A stretch of DNA of 64,000 nt from Nanobdellota archaeon. GTDB taxonomy: Archaea > Nanobdellota > Nanobdellia > Woesearchaeales > SKGA01. The stretch lies in the NCBI GenBank assembly GCA_051819805.1, contig JBNJHD010000002.1, positions 63,754 to 127,753 of the forward strand, read 5' to 3'. The notes beneath the pieces are model-generated. The model saw only the letters and a list, made by a program, of their open reading frames with translations, did no database searches and had not been told where the DNA came from. Positions 1 to 10,328 of the stretch are shown in pieces (position 1 is the stretch's first letter; the number at the start of each line of letters is the position of its first letter). Both the position numbers and the translations under genes were made by a program.

Positions 1-1818
1 ATTAATGGTGGTTGCTAGAGCAATCGCATAATCAGAAGAGATGATAACTGATTCTTCCTGAACTTTATGCGGTATTGCGAGGAGTTCTAAAGCACGTTTT
101 CCTGGAGTGAATTCATCATGATGAGGCAATACTATTTTCGGTTGCTCTAATTGGAAGGATGCATGAGAGAGCCAGGTAAGAAGATCATAGAATTGCGATG
201 TAGATATCTCTGTAAAGAAAGGGGTGTGGTACGGGTGCAAAGGGATGTTGAGCTTTGATGAAATCCGTTTGGCACTCTCAAAAGAAATGCGAGTACTCAT
301 AGGATCAGTGAAGAGTTTCTTGACAGAATCGACAGGCGTTTCAAGAATTGTCGCATAGTCATCCTCGGAACTATCAGGATACTTGTTTTCAAGAGCTTCT
401 TTTACTTCCAGAAACCACCATTCCTCACAATAACCTGAAGGCATCAGAATGTGGGCACGATCGAAAAAATCACCATAATCAATCAAGGAATCACCGAGAT
501 ACAGGATTTCAACAACGTCCTTGTTCACTCGTTCAGCTTCTTCTAATGTATCGAGATAATGCACAGTACCATCTTTGAGCTTGACAGTCGGGCCCATGAG
601 CTTGTCACAGGGAGTGAAGAGCGCTCCTTTTCCAGGACGTTCGACTTTCATCTGCGTACCTATAGCGATGAGACCGTTAAGGACTGCTAGTGTGGCAGGA
701 TGTGCTGATTGTGTCATGAGACCGCTTGCACGGCTCCGACCATAACGTAAACGGAATGAACCACTTCTCATAGGATGACCAAGTACAGGTCGACCACCAA
801 CAAGATCCTTGACAAATGTCCAATCAGGCTTTACTTTGACCTCTTTACCAGTGTCTTTTTTCTCCTCTTCATCACTTTCATCATCACTACTCGCTTTTGC
901 TTTGAGTTCTTTCTGGAGCTTGATATGATTACCGAGAAAATCCCAGTCTTCCATTCCCATCTCATGACCCCACTTACTCAACTTCTTCCAGAGCTTCGGA
1001 GCTTTAAGAGGAATACATGAAGAGTGGATCAGACAATATCCGCTACGAAGATTATTAGTCTCTACACGCGCAAGATCCTTGAGTGCAGCATTAGAAAGTT
1101 CTCTCTTTTCAGAAGCGTCACCTCCGATCTCGACAGGAATGTGTTTCATGAGAAATTCAGATTCTTCCTTATGAGGATAATACTGGAGGTTGGCGACGTA
1201 CTCATGATAATCCTCTAGTTCAGCTGCACAACGACGGACTTCCTTATCATCAGGATCGTACTTAGCATAACCCATCTGCTTACGCACATAATCAGCTATG
1301 AGAACACTGGTTGCAGCCCCTGTTCCTCCAGCGTTACGAATGGGACCTGCATAGTTGAGCCGGAAATATTTTCCCTTACCATCACGACGAGGAAGAATAT
1401 CGACTGAAGTAAGTCCTTCTATTGGAGATGAGACTATACCTACAGTGACGTAAGCGAAACCTGTCTTTATACCGACTTCGATAGCTTCTTTCTCATCCTT
1501 GAAAGAACAATGTTTTTGTTGGGCGATCTCGTGAGCGATGACGAATGCAACCCTCCAATCCTGCGAACCGTACTCTTTCTCTAATTTTATGATTCGATCA
1601 ACTACACCACTACCTATAATTTGGGGGGCGACAACAGAAATAATACCTACAACACGCTCTGCCATATTCTTAGCGAGTTGTATGTTCACTTTATCCTCAG
1701 GATCGAAGCCTTTCGTCCTCGCTTCAGCGGCCACCTTGTGAGCTCGCATAGTTTCCTCATCAAGATAGGTGAAATACTTATTGATATCCGGACTTGCTTC
1801 CATACCGTATTTACTCAT
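1..1818 (-). CDS. DNA polymerase II (PolD) large subunit DP2, N-terminal ~605 aa; 3' end of the gene lies beyond the window start
   Basis: The minus-strand frame is open from the ATG at 1818 down to position 1, so it is absent from the ORF track (no stop in the window). My own translation reads MSKYGMEASPDINKYFTYLDEETMRAHKVAAEARTKGFDPEDKVNIQLAKNMAERVVGIISVVAPQIIGSG...LNYAGPIRNAGGTGAATSVLIADYVRKQMGYAKYDPDD...LQYYPHKEE. It is collinear with the conserved DP2 N-terminal region; as I recall it (not checked), Pyrococcus DP2 reads ...[26 protein letters not shown]...LQYHP... All plus-strand ORFs 348..1878 are antisense noise. Confidence 0.8.
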   Translation of the reverse strand, partial: MSKYGMEASPDINKYFTYLDEETMRAHKVAAEARTKGFDPEDKVNIQLAKNMAERVVGIISVVAPQIIGSGVVDRIIKLEKEYGSQDWRVAFVIAHEIAQQKHCSFKDEKEAIEVGIKTGFAYVTVGIVSSPIEGLTSVDILPRRDGKGKYFRLNYAGPIRNAGGTGAATSVLIADYVRKQMGYAKYDPDDKEVRRCAAELEDYHEYVANLQYYPHKEESEFLMKHIPVEIGGDASEKRELSNAALKDLARVETNNLRSGYCLIHSSCIPLKAPKLWKKLSKWGHEMGMEDWDFLGNHIKLQKELKAKASSDDESDEEEKKDTGKEVKVKPDWTFVKDLVGGRPVLGHPMRSGSFRLRYGRSRASGLMTQSAHPATLAVLNGLIAIGTQMKVERPGKGALFTPCDKLMGPTVKLKDGTVHYLDTLEEAERVNKDVVEILYLGDSLIDYGDFFDRAHILMPSGYCEEWWFLEVKEALENKYPDSSEDDYATILETPVDSVKKLFTDPMSTRISFESAKRISSKLNIPLHPYHTPFFTEISTSQFYDLLTWLSHASFQLEQPKIVLPHHDEFTPGKRALELLAIPHKVQEESVIISSDYAIALATTIN

Positions 1819-1958
1819 CCTATACTCATTACCCCCAAAAGATTACTATATATGGAAATAACAAGGAGATTTAAATAGTATGTGGTTGAGAAAAGAAAAA
1901 ATATGCGTTTCACGAAACGTTTTTAAACAATGAGCAGAAAATAGAGTGTGAAGCCACT

Positions 1959-2714
1959 ATGGGATTAGGATATCGTGTGAAAACATACTTCTCGTTCACA
2001 GGTAAAGAGAATAGGAATCTGTTCTTGACATCTCTTGTCATGACGATGGCATTATTTTTTTATCTTTGGGCAAAATATCCTGATAAAGATATTATGCTCT
2101 CAAGCGGACCAATAAGTTTGGTCAATATCATCATCCTATTCATACTCACTTACGCAATGTTATTTATCATGATAGCAACAGGTAAGTTCGTAGCTATTAT
2201 GAAAAAATATACTGCTGAATATACGAGTTGGTTCAATGGACTTCTTATCGGATTCGTGGTCACGTTTGCTAGTTATGGGTATTTTCCGGTTGTTTTTCCA
2301 GGTCTTATCACACTCACAAAAAACGAACGATTACGATATGGTAAACCACAACCTGGAGAGAACAAGAGAGCTATTTTCTGGACTCTTGCCATCAGTCTCG
2401 GAAGCATAGCCCTTCTCGCTATTGTTTTCCAGCAGCTTTTCATGCACACTGGATCAATCATTTTTCAAGGAGCAAAAGACATAGCCTCATTCATACTTAT
2501 CTATAGTGTGCTACCATTTCCGAACAATTATGGGTCACACATGTTCTACACGAAAAAAAAGAGGTATTTCATCTATTCGTTTTTTCTTATCATATTATCA
2601 TTAGCTATTATTTTCAACAGTGCATATTCACTAGCGATAGGGATTGCTGGAGGAGCACTGCTCTGGCTGATATTCTCGAAGTTTCTCGGCAAACATTTTT
2701 TTGGTAAATTATAA
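1959..2714 (+). CDS. polytopic integral membrane protein, function unknown
   Basis: 251 aa with at least 6 hydrophobic helices and no recognisable catalytic motif. Confidence 0.4.
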   Translation: MGLGYRVKTYFSFTGKENRNLFLTSLVMTMALFFYLWAKYPDKDIMLSSGPISLVNIIILFILTYAMLFIMIATGKFVAIMKKYTAEYTSWFNGLLIGFVVTFASYGYFPVVFPGLITLTKNERLRYGKPQPGENKRAIFWTLAISLGSIALLAIVFQQLFMHTGSIIFQGAKDIASFILIYSVLPFPNNYGSHMFYTKKKRYFIYSFFLIILSLAIIFNSAYSLAIGIAGGALLWLIFSKFLGKHFFGKL

Positions 2715-2756
2715 AAAAAAATATAGGTGCTGCTCACGGCGCATAATATTCACTAA

Positions 2757-3030
2757 TCATATCACTATCGAATAGAATCCCTTGATGAATAAGTACGCAC
2801 CGGCGAGAAAGCTCAAAAACAAGAACGGGTGGAATAAGGCGAGGATGCAATAGCCACCGATGACCATATCGACAGTGCTGAGCAAGTCGCCTTTGTAGAT
2901 GATACCTTTGGTAATGAGAAACAAGGCACCGCCGATGAGAAGACGCTGTGGAGCAAGGTTATCAGGAGTGAGAAAGAGAAGTAGTGCTATAAGAAAGTCA
3001 AGGAAGCCGAAAATACGGATAATAATCATA
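2757..3030 (-). CDS. small membrane protein (2-3 TM)
   Basis: The ORF-track frame 2757..3242 has a hydrophilic N-terminus that overlaps the divergent gene. An internal ATG at 3030 (MIIIRIFGFLDFLIALLLF...) gives a roughly 90-aa hydrophobic protein. Confidence 0.3.
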
Positions 3031-3086
3031 TGCAATACAAATTTCAAGCAAATTATATAAATATTTACTGTATCAAAACAACCATA

Positions 3087-3404
3087 ATGGGTTTTTTCAA
3101 GAGATTGCCTGAAGCAGGGAAGAAATTGACTGAATATAGTGTCCTGACAGGATTTCTTATCGGAGCCCTGCTGGGACTTCTTGTTGGCAAGTACGATGTG
3201 ATTATTCTCCTCACCGCTATTGCTGGAATTATCGTCTCTCATTCGAAACTTTCTGTACAGGGGTTCAATACCATCTATGCGATAACGAACCTCTCGTTCT
3301 TGCTCGGGATGATTATCTTCACGACGGCAGTGAAAGGTCTTGCGCTCATGATCGTGTTCGGGATAGGGCTTCTCGTTGGACGTTTTGTAAAAAAGAGATT
3401 CTAA
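3087..3404 (+). CDS. small membrane protein (3 TM)
   Basis: Frame 3030..3404 with a likely start at ATG 3087 (MGFFKRLPEAGKK...), then three hydrophobic helices. Confidence 0.35.
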   Translation: MGFFKRLPEAGKKLTEYSVLTGFLIGALLGLLVGKYDVIILLTAIAGIIVSHSKLSVQGFNTIYAITNLSFLLGMIIFTTAVKGLALMIVFGIGLLVGRFVKKRF

Positions 3405-3893
3405 GAGAAATAGATTTTTTTGTATAATTGGATAAATACTGATTTGTCTATACCTATTCCTGCATCGCTGAACGCTTGTGCCAGACGAGTTCCAGGGGCG
3501 TCTTTTTCAGGTTCGGGATCATTGAATGAGAGAAGATAACCTAACAGACCATCATACAAGTAACGACCATTGAGAAACAAGACTATCTGCTTATTGCCTG
3601 AACGAATCCGACCAGTCACAAGATCAATAATGATAGTTTCTTTCTTGAGCTTGTTCTTATCACGGACAAACCCTCTGTTGAGAAATTCGCGAGCGATACA
3701 ATCACGGAGACAGGCACGCGAAGAGAGAGATGTGTCAAGATCGAAATATGAATATGCATCATCTGATTCAGGAAGTTCTTTGATAGGTCCTAAGTATTTT
3801 TTTACTTTCTGCCTGACTTTACCATCGATCCATTTGTTATCAACAAGATAACCATATGATTTTCCCTTGACGAGTTTAGCACGGACAAACATT
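3401..3893 (-). CDS. hypothetical basic protein immediately downstream of DP1
   Basis: ORF-track frame 3401..3991; a start at ATG 3893 (MFVRAKLVKGKSYGYLVDNKWIDGK...) avoids overlap with the DP1 stop at 3903. No family recognised. Confidence 0.35.
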
Positions 3894-3902
3894 TTTTTCT
3901 CA

Positions 3903-5459
3903 CTAAGTGGATTGTGAGGATGAGATTTTATCCTTCTCTTTTTTTTTCTCTTCTCTCTTGACACGCTTATATTCAGCAACTGACGAGACATCTTTTGATG
4001 TGCTGAAATTAAGTGATTTTACTTCTCTAGTCTTGAGAGACACAACCATCACACGAGCAGGTTGAGGTTCCAAACCTCGTTTCTCCTGATCCTCAGTAAT
4101 TGCAGTCCAACAAGATGTGTTCATGCAAGTGACATTACGATAATTTTTTAATTGAGCACGATGAATGTGACCTGTAGCGAAAATATCAGGGATGGGATCG
4201 ATAAGAAGAGGATCCTCTTGCAAGTCAGGAATATACATCGTCGAACTGTGAGAAGGAGCAAGATGACGACGCTTGAGAAGCTGTGCCATGATATCGTGAG
4301 CGATTTTCTGACCGCCATTAGCACGGATGGAAGGGATAGCATCAGAATAATAGATAAGAGACCCTCCATGATACATCAACACATCAATTCCTGAAAATTC
4401 TTCAGAAACATCCACTGAGACATATGCAGGATTAGAAACCATGATAACATTAGGGAGTTCCAAAAGATCAGGCGCATATTCCTTAGTGATAGGAAGCTGC
4501 GGTTCAGCAAGACGACCAACATCATGGTTACCTGGACAGATGATAACTTTCATATGACTAGGTATTTTTTTGAAGTATTTAGCGACAAGAGCATATTGTC
4601 CTTTTATATCCTGAACTGAAAGATCATGTTCTTGACCGGGATAGACACCAACCCCTTCAATGAGATCGCCCAAAATGAAAACATATCGAACCTTCTGTGC
4701 AACTCGACGCTGCTCTAAGGAACCTACTTTTCCATTGAGCCACAAGAGGAATCGATGGAATTCTTTTTCAAGGAATTCTTTAGAACCGAAGTGAAAATCA
4801 CCAAGAAAGATAGCATTATGATCATAAGGTGATTTCTTGAGTTCTTTACTCAAGGGAATATCCGGGTGGATGATACTATCTGAGAATATAATATCTCCTC
4901 CTGTCGTTCCGACAATTCCTATGACTTCATCAAGAACTATATCCTTTGCTAAAGGAAGGAGTTCTCCATTATCCTTATTGATAAGAACTTTGATAACACC
5001 TGTGCGGTCCTCCATAGTAAGCATGATATGACCATTTTTTGTCTGGTTCTTGTCAAGGACCATACCTATGATAGCAACTGTCTCGCGTTCACTTTTCTTT
5101 TTCACACGACTGATAGAAGTTAATCCTGAGAGTTCAGAGCGGTTCTTGAGAAGACGCTCGATATTTTTGAATCGTATATTGAAATAAGCAACGAAATCCT
5201 GAATATTACGTTTGTTAGGAGTCTTCTCAAAGGATTTGATAATAGAGACTTTCGTCCGCTTATTGACATCAGAGAAGTATTTAGAAAAAAATGATGATGT
5301 GTCGAGATCGGGAAAATTCGATTTGAAAAAAATAACCAGCTTGTCACGAAGAATCTCACGATCCTCTATAGTGATAATACGCTTTAGTCTATCAACTAGT
5401 TCTTCATCGACGAATTCTCCTTGTTCGACCAGATAGTCAGTAATCAATGAGACATCCAT
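3903..5459 (-). CDS. DNA polymerase II (PolD) small subunit DP1 (calcineurin-like phosphoesterase 3'-5' exonuclease subunit)
   Basis: 518 aa with an N-terminal OB-like region and phosphoesterase motifs FILGDLIEG, CPGNHD and TGHIHRA. It sits directly downstream of cdc6, as in euryarchaeal oriC loci. Confidence 0.85.
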   Translation of the reverse strand: MDVSLITDYLVEQGEFVDEELVDRLKRIITIEDREILRDKLVIFFKSNFPDLDTSSFFSKYFSDVNKRTKVSIIKSFEKTPNKRNIQDFVAYFNIRFKNIERLLKNRSELSGLTSISRVKKKSERETVAIIGMVLDKNQTKNGHIMLTMEDRTGVIKVLINKDNGELLPLAKDIVLDEVIGIVGTTGGDIIFSDSIIHPDIPLSKELKKSPYDHNAIFLGDFHFGSKEFLEKEFHRFLLWLNGKVGSLEQRRVAQKVRYVFILGDLIEGVGVYPGQEHDLSVQDIKGQYALVAKYFKKIPSHMKVIICPGNHDVGRLAEPQLPITKEYAPDLLELPNVIMVSNPAYVSVDVSEEFSGIDVLMYHGGSLIYYSDAIPSIRANGGQKIAHDIMAQLLKRRHLAPSHSSTMYIPDLQEDPLLIDPIPDIFATGHIHRAQLKNYRNVTCMNTSCWTAITEDQEKRGLEPQPARVMVVSLKTREVKSLNFSTSKDVSSVAEYKRVKREEKKKEKDKISSSQST

Positions 5460-5485
5460 ATTGTCACGACACTATTTCTATGTAA

Positions 5486-6703
5486 TCATAACTTGATCTC
5501 AAGTTCTTTAGCGAGTATGTCTTTCACTTTCTCGATAAGATAGGAAGGAATAGCCAGATAAATCTCTCTTGTCCTACCAAAACGACCTTTTGAGATCACT
5601 TTAGCATTAATCAGACCGAGCATATCAAGCTCTGCAATGATATCAGAGAGACGACGTTGTGTGATAGGACGAAGACCTGAAGCAGGACAGATTCCTTTGT
5701 ACACATCATAGACATCACCTGTGAATACTGATTTCGTTCCTGCTTTATCTGATAATGTGAATATAGAAGCGAGTGTTGCTTGGAATTGTTTCGGTTGGGT
5801 CTTGACGATATCAACGATCCGTTCACGTTCTATCTTCTCTTCAGCTTCATCAATATGTTCTATCTTGACAGAATCAGCTTGAGATCTATCAGCGAGTTCA
5901 CCAGCTACACGAAGGAGATCAATAGCTCTCCGTGCATCACCATGTTCACGAGCAGCGTAAGCAGCGCATTTAGGGATGACACCATCGTCAAGAGCACCTT
6001 CTTTGAATGCTAGAGCCGATCGATTGCGTAAGATATCTTGAATCTGCAAAGCGTTGTATGGTGGAAAGAGAATCTCTTCTTCACTCAAGGAGCTTTTCAC
6101 TCGAGGATCAATATGATTTGCGAACATGAGATCGTTGCTTATACCAATGATTGAAAGTTGTGATTTCTTGAGTTCGGCATTAATACGAGTGAGGTTATAG
6201 ATTATTTCATCACCGGTCTTTTTCACAAGGTGATCCACTTCATCAAGGACAAGAAGGAGAAGTTGTTCTTGTTCTTCAAGTGCTTTATAGAATATATTAT
6301 AGACTTCATCAGTAGGAAGGCCTGTAGCAGGAATGGTTTTTCCGAAGAAACGAGCTATTTCAGCAATAAGACGATATTCAGTATCAACTACTCGTTTGAG
6401 TTTGCAGTTGATGTAAAACACTTTGAGAGGAACAGTATTTTGCTTGGCGACTTCAAGCATGTGATTTGTCGTGTAACGGACGGATAAGGTTTTTCCAGTA
6501 CCTGTCTTTCCATAAATGAAAATATTGGATGGTTTCTCAATTTTAAGAGCTGGAGCTAGAATGTTAGCTATCTGATTGATCTGCTCGTCACGATGAGCTA
6601 TATCTTCAGGAACATATGATGCCTGCATTGATTTCTTGTTCTCAAATAAAGAATCTTGAGTGAGATATTTCTCGAAAAAACCATCCAAACTCTTTTTAGC
6701 CAT
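5486..6703 (-). CDS. cdc6: Orc1/Cdc6 replication initiator (AAA+ plus winged helix)
   Basis: Walker A IYGKTGTGKT, Walker B LLLVLDEVDHL and a C-terminal winged-helix region. The gene's 5' end abuts the AT-rich origin region. Confidence 0.9.
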   Translation of the reverse strand: MAKKSLDGFFEKYLTQDSLFENKKSMQASYVPEDIAHRDEQINQIANILAPALKIEKPSNIFIYGKTGTGKTLSVRYTTNHMLEVAKQNTVPLKVFYINCKLKRVVDTEYRLIAEIARFFGKTIPATGLPTDEVYNIFYKALEEQEQLLLLVLDEVDHLVKKTGDEIIYNLTRINAELKKSQLSIIGISNDLMFANHIDPRVKSSLSEEEILFPPYNALQIQDILRNRSALAFKEGALDDGVIPKCAAYAAREHGDARRAIDLLRVAGELADRSQADSVKIEHIDEAEEKIERERIVDIVKTQPKQFQATLASIFTLSDKAGTKSVFTGDVYDVYKGICPASGLRPITQRRLSDIIAELDMLGLINAKVISKGRFGRTREIYLAIPSYLIEKVKDILAKELEIKL

Positions 6704-6757
6704 CTTCTAAACCACCCATAAAATTAATTAATATAAAGAAATGAACTTTATTAATAA

Positions 6758-6774
6758 GTGTTTCCATAAGAAGC
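6758..6774 (+). repeat. ORB-like element copy 1 (GTGTTTCCATAAGAAGC)
   Basis: The core TTCCATAAGAA recurs as a perfect reverse complement at 6869..6879. Confidence 0.4.
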
Positions 6775-6865
6775 ATATGAAACAAATAATAAGTGCAGAT
6801 GGAAATAATGTTTGTAATGTGAATGAACGAATGTAGTGTATTCAAGAACATAGATGTGACACCTT

Positions 6866-6882
6866 GATTTCTTATGGAATTT
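6866..6882 (-). repeat. ORB-like element copy 2 (inverted; TTCTTATGGAA on the plus strand)
   Basis: An 11-bp perfect inverted copy of 6762..6772. It resembles the archaeal mini-ORB dyad TTCCA-N-GGAAA. Confidence 0.4.
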
Positions 6883-7608
6883 ACTTTTGGAAGAAAAAAG
6901 ATCAGTTCTTCACATTAATAATAAAAATCCTGAAAAAAATATCATAAGGAAGAATATAAGATATGAATTCTATCATTATAAAAAAATATGTGAAAATAAG
7001 AATCAAGAGCATAAGAAATAAAATGATAATTAAAATATAATTGATAAAAAATAATTTTTCTGAATAATGCAATCATATCAAAATAAAAAATAAGTTAAAT
7101 CTCATATAATATAAAAAAACATATAATATATTTATTATTATTTTATTATATATTTTATATTTATTTTAAAATTAATTAATATATAATATATTTAATTTCT
7201 ATATAGAAATAAAATAATATATTATTATTTATTTAGTTTTAGTATAAATATTATATTTATTATTCGTTTATTTTATTCATAATGTAGTTTTATTATTTTC
7301 ATATTATTATTGTTTGTTTATGGTTTAAAACAAAAAATATTTTTTTTATTCAGAATGTTATTCATGTATATTTTTTATTATGATTATTGTTGAAGTCAAG
7401 AATAATTGTTGTTAAAAAAAACATAATCTCAATATGAATTCATTTTCATATTTCATTAATTATATTAAGCCAATTATATGGTTTCATGTTCGATGATCAG
7501 TAATACTATAGTTAAGCCATCTGAATTTATCATACTCTAGAACTATATTTATTTGAATTAGAATATCCTATATTTATTTTTGTTTTATACATGTTGATAA
7601 AAAAATAG

Positions 7609-7622
7609 TTTCCACTCGAAAT
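7609..7622 (+). repeat. ORB-like element copy 3 (GTTTCCACTCGAAA)
   Basis: It shares GTTTCCA..GAA with copy 1 and lies on the far side of the AT-rich DUE, inverted relative to copy 2. Confidence 0.35.
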
Positions 7623-7825
7623 AAAGGTGTGAGTTGCATAGTATCCAAAGAGTATATTTGAGTAGATATTCAATTCTCATATAAAACAAGCAATAAATGT
7701 ATTTTGTTTTCACTATACAATGGTTATATAATAGAAACATTTATATTAGTGTCTTTATTTTCTCTTTATTAGTGGTAAAACAAATTACTTTTCATTCCTA
7801 AGAATAAGAGTATGGGGTTGACACA

Positions 7826-8647
7826 ATGCTAATGCAAAAAGATTTTATAGATCGATTGAAAGTATTCGGACTCAACAGTTATGAAGCAAAAATCTGGATA
7901 GCACTTCTTTCACGAGGTGTGGCAAGCGCAGGAGAACTTTCTGATATTTCTAACGTTCCACGATCACGAAGCTATGATGTTCTTGAATCCCTTGAAAAAA
8001 AAGGATTTATCGTAATGAAAATAGGAAAACCGATTAAATATATAGCGGTATCTCCACAAGAAGTTATTGAGAGAGTAAAGCAACGAGTGGATGAAGAGGC
8101 AAAATCACAATCAGAAAGTCTGGAAGAACTCAAAAGTTCACCTATTCTAGGCGAACTTTCAACTCTACATGATAATGGTGTCGATCTCGTTGAACCATCA
8201 GATCTCACTGCATCATTCAAAGGAAGAGATAAAGTATATAGTCAGATGCAACTCATGCTCAAGGAAGCTGAAGAGACATTCGATCTCGTGACAACAGACC
8301 AAGGTCTTGAACGAAAAGCAGATTATCTCGCACGAGCATTCAAGAAAGCGAATGATAGAGGAGTTCGTGTTCGTATCGCTATTCCAGGTGATGATATTAA
8401 TAAGGATATTCTTGAATTGCTCTCTCAATATGCTGATATAAGACAAATGAAAAATATCAAGGCACGTTTCGCAATCGCAGATGGTCAAGAGATATCATTC
8501 CTTCTTTTCCATGACGAAGATGTGCATCCGACTTATGATGTGGGGGTGTGGGTGAATACGCCATTTTTCTCACAAGCGGTCGAGTCACTATTCAATATAG
8601 CATGGGAGGATCTTCCACAACTTACCGTTTCAACAGTCAGTAGGTAA
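7826..8647 (+). CDS. TrmB-family transcriptional regulator
   Basis: N-terminal LGLNSYEAKIWIALLSRGVASAGELSDISNVPRSRSYDVLESLEKKGFI...IGKPIKYIAVSPQEVIERV is the TrmB wHTH signature. Confidence 0.7.
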   Translation: MLMQKDFIDRLKVFGLNSYEAKIWIALLSRGVASAGELSDISNVPRSRSYDVLESLEKKGFIVMKIGKPIKYIAVSPQEVIERVKQRVDEEAKSQSESLEELKSSPILGELSTLHDNGVDLVEPSDLTASFKGRDKVYSQMQLMLKEAEETFDLVTTDQGLERKADYLARAFKKANDRGVRVRIAIPGDDINKDILELLSQYADIRQMKNIKARFAIADGQEISFLLFHDEDVHPTYDVGVWVNTPFFSQAVESLFNIAWEDLPQLTVSTVSR

Positions 8648-8738
8648 TGCTGATTACTTCTTTTCAATTTTATTATCTTCATATACTCTTATTCTACCGT
8701 GACGTTTATAAGAGACGAGCGCTTTTCATCTCACTGTA

Positions 8739-9440
8739 ATGATAGAAGAGCAGAAATATCTCATTATAGGAACAAGCCATATCGCAAAGAGTTCACTTGA
8801 GGAGATCAAGCAAGAATTTCTTAGTTTCAGACCTGATACGATAGCAGTAGAACTCGATACGAAGAGAGCGCAAGCGCTTCTTTCACCACAACAACAGCGA
8901 CCGAGCGCCAGACAACTTATCAAAGCAGTAGGTTTGAAAGGATTTCTCTTCACAGTCATAGCACGAAGCGTGCAGAAGCGCCTCGGTAAGATGGTGGGAG
9001 TCGAGCCGGGAAGCGAGATGAAGTACGCGATGGAATTGGCGAAAAACAATCATCTAGATATAAAATTGATCGATAGATCGCTTGAAGTGACAGTAAGACG
9101 GCTGTTCAAGAAACTGACATGGAGGGAAAAGTTCCGATTTATAGGACAACTCGTGGCTGCACCATTTACGCCGAAAAAAAAACGGATGAAACTACCACTC
9201 GATAAAGTACCTCCAGAGCAAATGATCGAGCGACTCATGAAAATTCTCAAGAAACAATTTCCTACGATGCATGAAGTGCTTGTTGAGGAACGGAATCATT
9301 ACATGGCTCGACGAGCTGCTCGGTATCTCAAACTCAATCCAGAAAAGAAGTTGATGATCGTTGTAGGAGCAGGACATAAAGTCGAGCTCGGAGAACTCAT
9401 TCCCTTATATTATTCTCGAATGGAAGTATTGAGAAAATAA
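8739..9440 (+). CDS. TraB/PrgY/GumN-family protein
   Basis: Motifs IIGTSHIAKSSLEEIK, TIAVELD and VVGAGHKVEL near the C-terminus are typical of the TraB family. Confidence 0.65.
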   Translation: MIEEQKYLIIGTSHIAKSSLEEIKQEFLSFRPDTIAVELDTKRAQALLSPQQQRPSARQLIKAVGLKGFLFTVIARSVQKRLGKMVGVEPGSEMKYAMELAKNNHLDIKLIDRSLEVTVRRLFKKLTWREKFRFIGQLVAAPFTPKKKRMKLPLDKVPPEQMIERLMKILKKQFPTMHEVLVEERNHYMARRAARYLKLNPEKKLMIVVGAGHKVELGELIPLYYSRMEVLRK

Positions 9441-9755
9441 GTTTTTATTTATATAATGTGATGTGTAGAATATATAGATTATTTTTACAGTAGAAATCAA
9501 CGGGTAGGGGATTTAAAAATAAGCAGAATTTTATAATTCTTATCTTTCGATTCAATGCATTGTTTGACTTTTTCCACAAGAAATAATGGTTGTTGTTTCT
9601 TATAAATGTTGTGTTTTTAAATATTTATAAATGAAAAAAGAAGGATTTATAAAGGAGTGGTGTTTTGTGTAGTTTATAAAGAGGTAACAGGCAGTAATTA
9701 CACTCTACAGGAACATATCAACGTGCAATAAGTAAAATATAGGGGGGTTATCGCG

Positions 9756-10319
9756 ATGAGCGAAACACTAGAAGAGCTTAAGAAAGGACTTGATATTGGA
9801 ATCGTCAACATTGTCGTCTCAACAAGTCTCGGGCATGATATTCCGCTTGAGAAAATGGCGGCTACGCTTTCTAACACAGAATACAATCCTGAACAATTCC
9901 CAGGACTTGTGATCAGGATCAGAGATCCACGAACGTCAGCTTTGATTTTCAGTTCTGGAAATGTCGTGTGTACGGGAGCAAAGAGTCTTGAGGATGTGGA
10001 AAAATCACTTGAACAGATTAAGCAAACACTCAAGAAAATCAATGTGAACATCACGATCAAGCCTGAAATCAACATTCAGAACATGGTAGCGTCAGGAAAT
10101 ATCAATATGGATCTCAATCTCAATACGCTAGCTATGAAACTGGATAATACTGAGTATGAACCTGAGCAATTTCCAGGTCTAGTCTACAAACTCGACAAGG
10201 CACAAGCGACATTCTTGCTTTTTAGCAATGGAAAAATCGTTTGTACAGGAACGAAATCGGAGAGAGATGTCTATAAGGCAGTCCACATGCTTATTGATGT
10301 ACTCAATAAAGTCAAGTGA
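9756..10319 (+). CDS. tbp: TATA-box binding protein
   Basis: Two direct TBP repeats (NTEYNPEQFPGLVIRI... and NTEYEPEQFPGLVYKL...), 187 aa. Confidence 0.9.
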   Translation: MSETLEELKKGLDIGIVNIVVSTSLGHDIPLEKMAATLSNTEYNPEQFPGLVIRIRDPRTSALIFSSGNVVCTGAKSLEDVEKSLEQIKQTLKKINVNITIKPEINIQNMVASGNINMDLNLNTLAMKLDNTEYEPEQFPGLVYKLDKAQATFLLFSNGKIVCTGTKSERDVYKAVHMLIDVLNKVK

Positions 10320-10328
10320 GTGCACCAA

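Larger units (their letters stand above)
6704..7825. promoter_or_regulatory. candidate chromosomal replication origin (oriC): long AT-rich intergenic region with a DNA-unwinding element (about 7080-7420, nearly pure A/T) flanked by ORB-like repeats
   Basis: 1.1 kb non-coding and far more AT-rich than the flanks, lying immediately upstream of orc1/cdc6. Repeats matching GTTTCCAYNNGAA occur in inverted orientation on either side of the AT tract. Confidence 0.55.

Noticed and set aside
348-1878. Six plus-strand ORFs of 60-85 aa listed in the ORF track
   Set aside because: All lie antisense to the long open minus-strand frame that translates into a clear PolD DP2 N-terminus. They have no motifs and atypical composition.
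2757-3242. Full 161-aa minus ORF with a hydrophilic N-terminus
   Set aside because: Its N-terminal 70 aa overlap the divergent plus-strand membrane-protein gene. Only the distal about 90-aa hydrophobic part, from ATG 3030, is considered plausible.
6704-7825. tRNA or CRISPR search in the large non-coding region (and window-wide)
   Set aside because: There is no cloverleaf-compatible GTTCRANYC T-loop context and no regularly spaced direct repeats. The region is better explained as an origin DUE.
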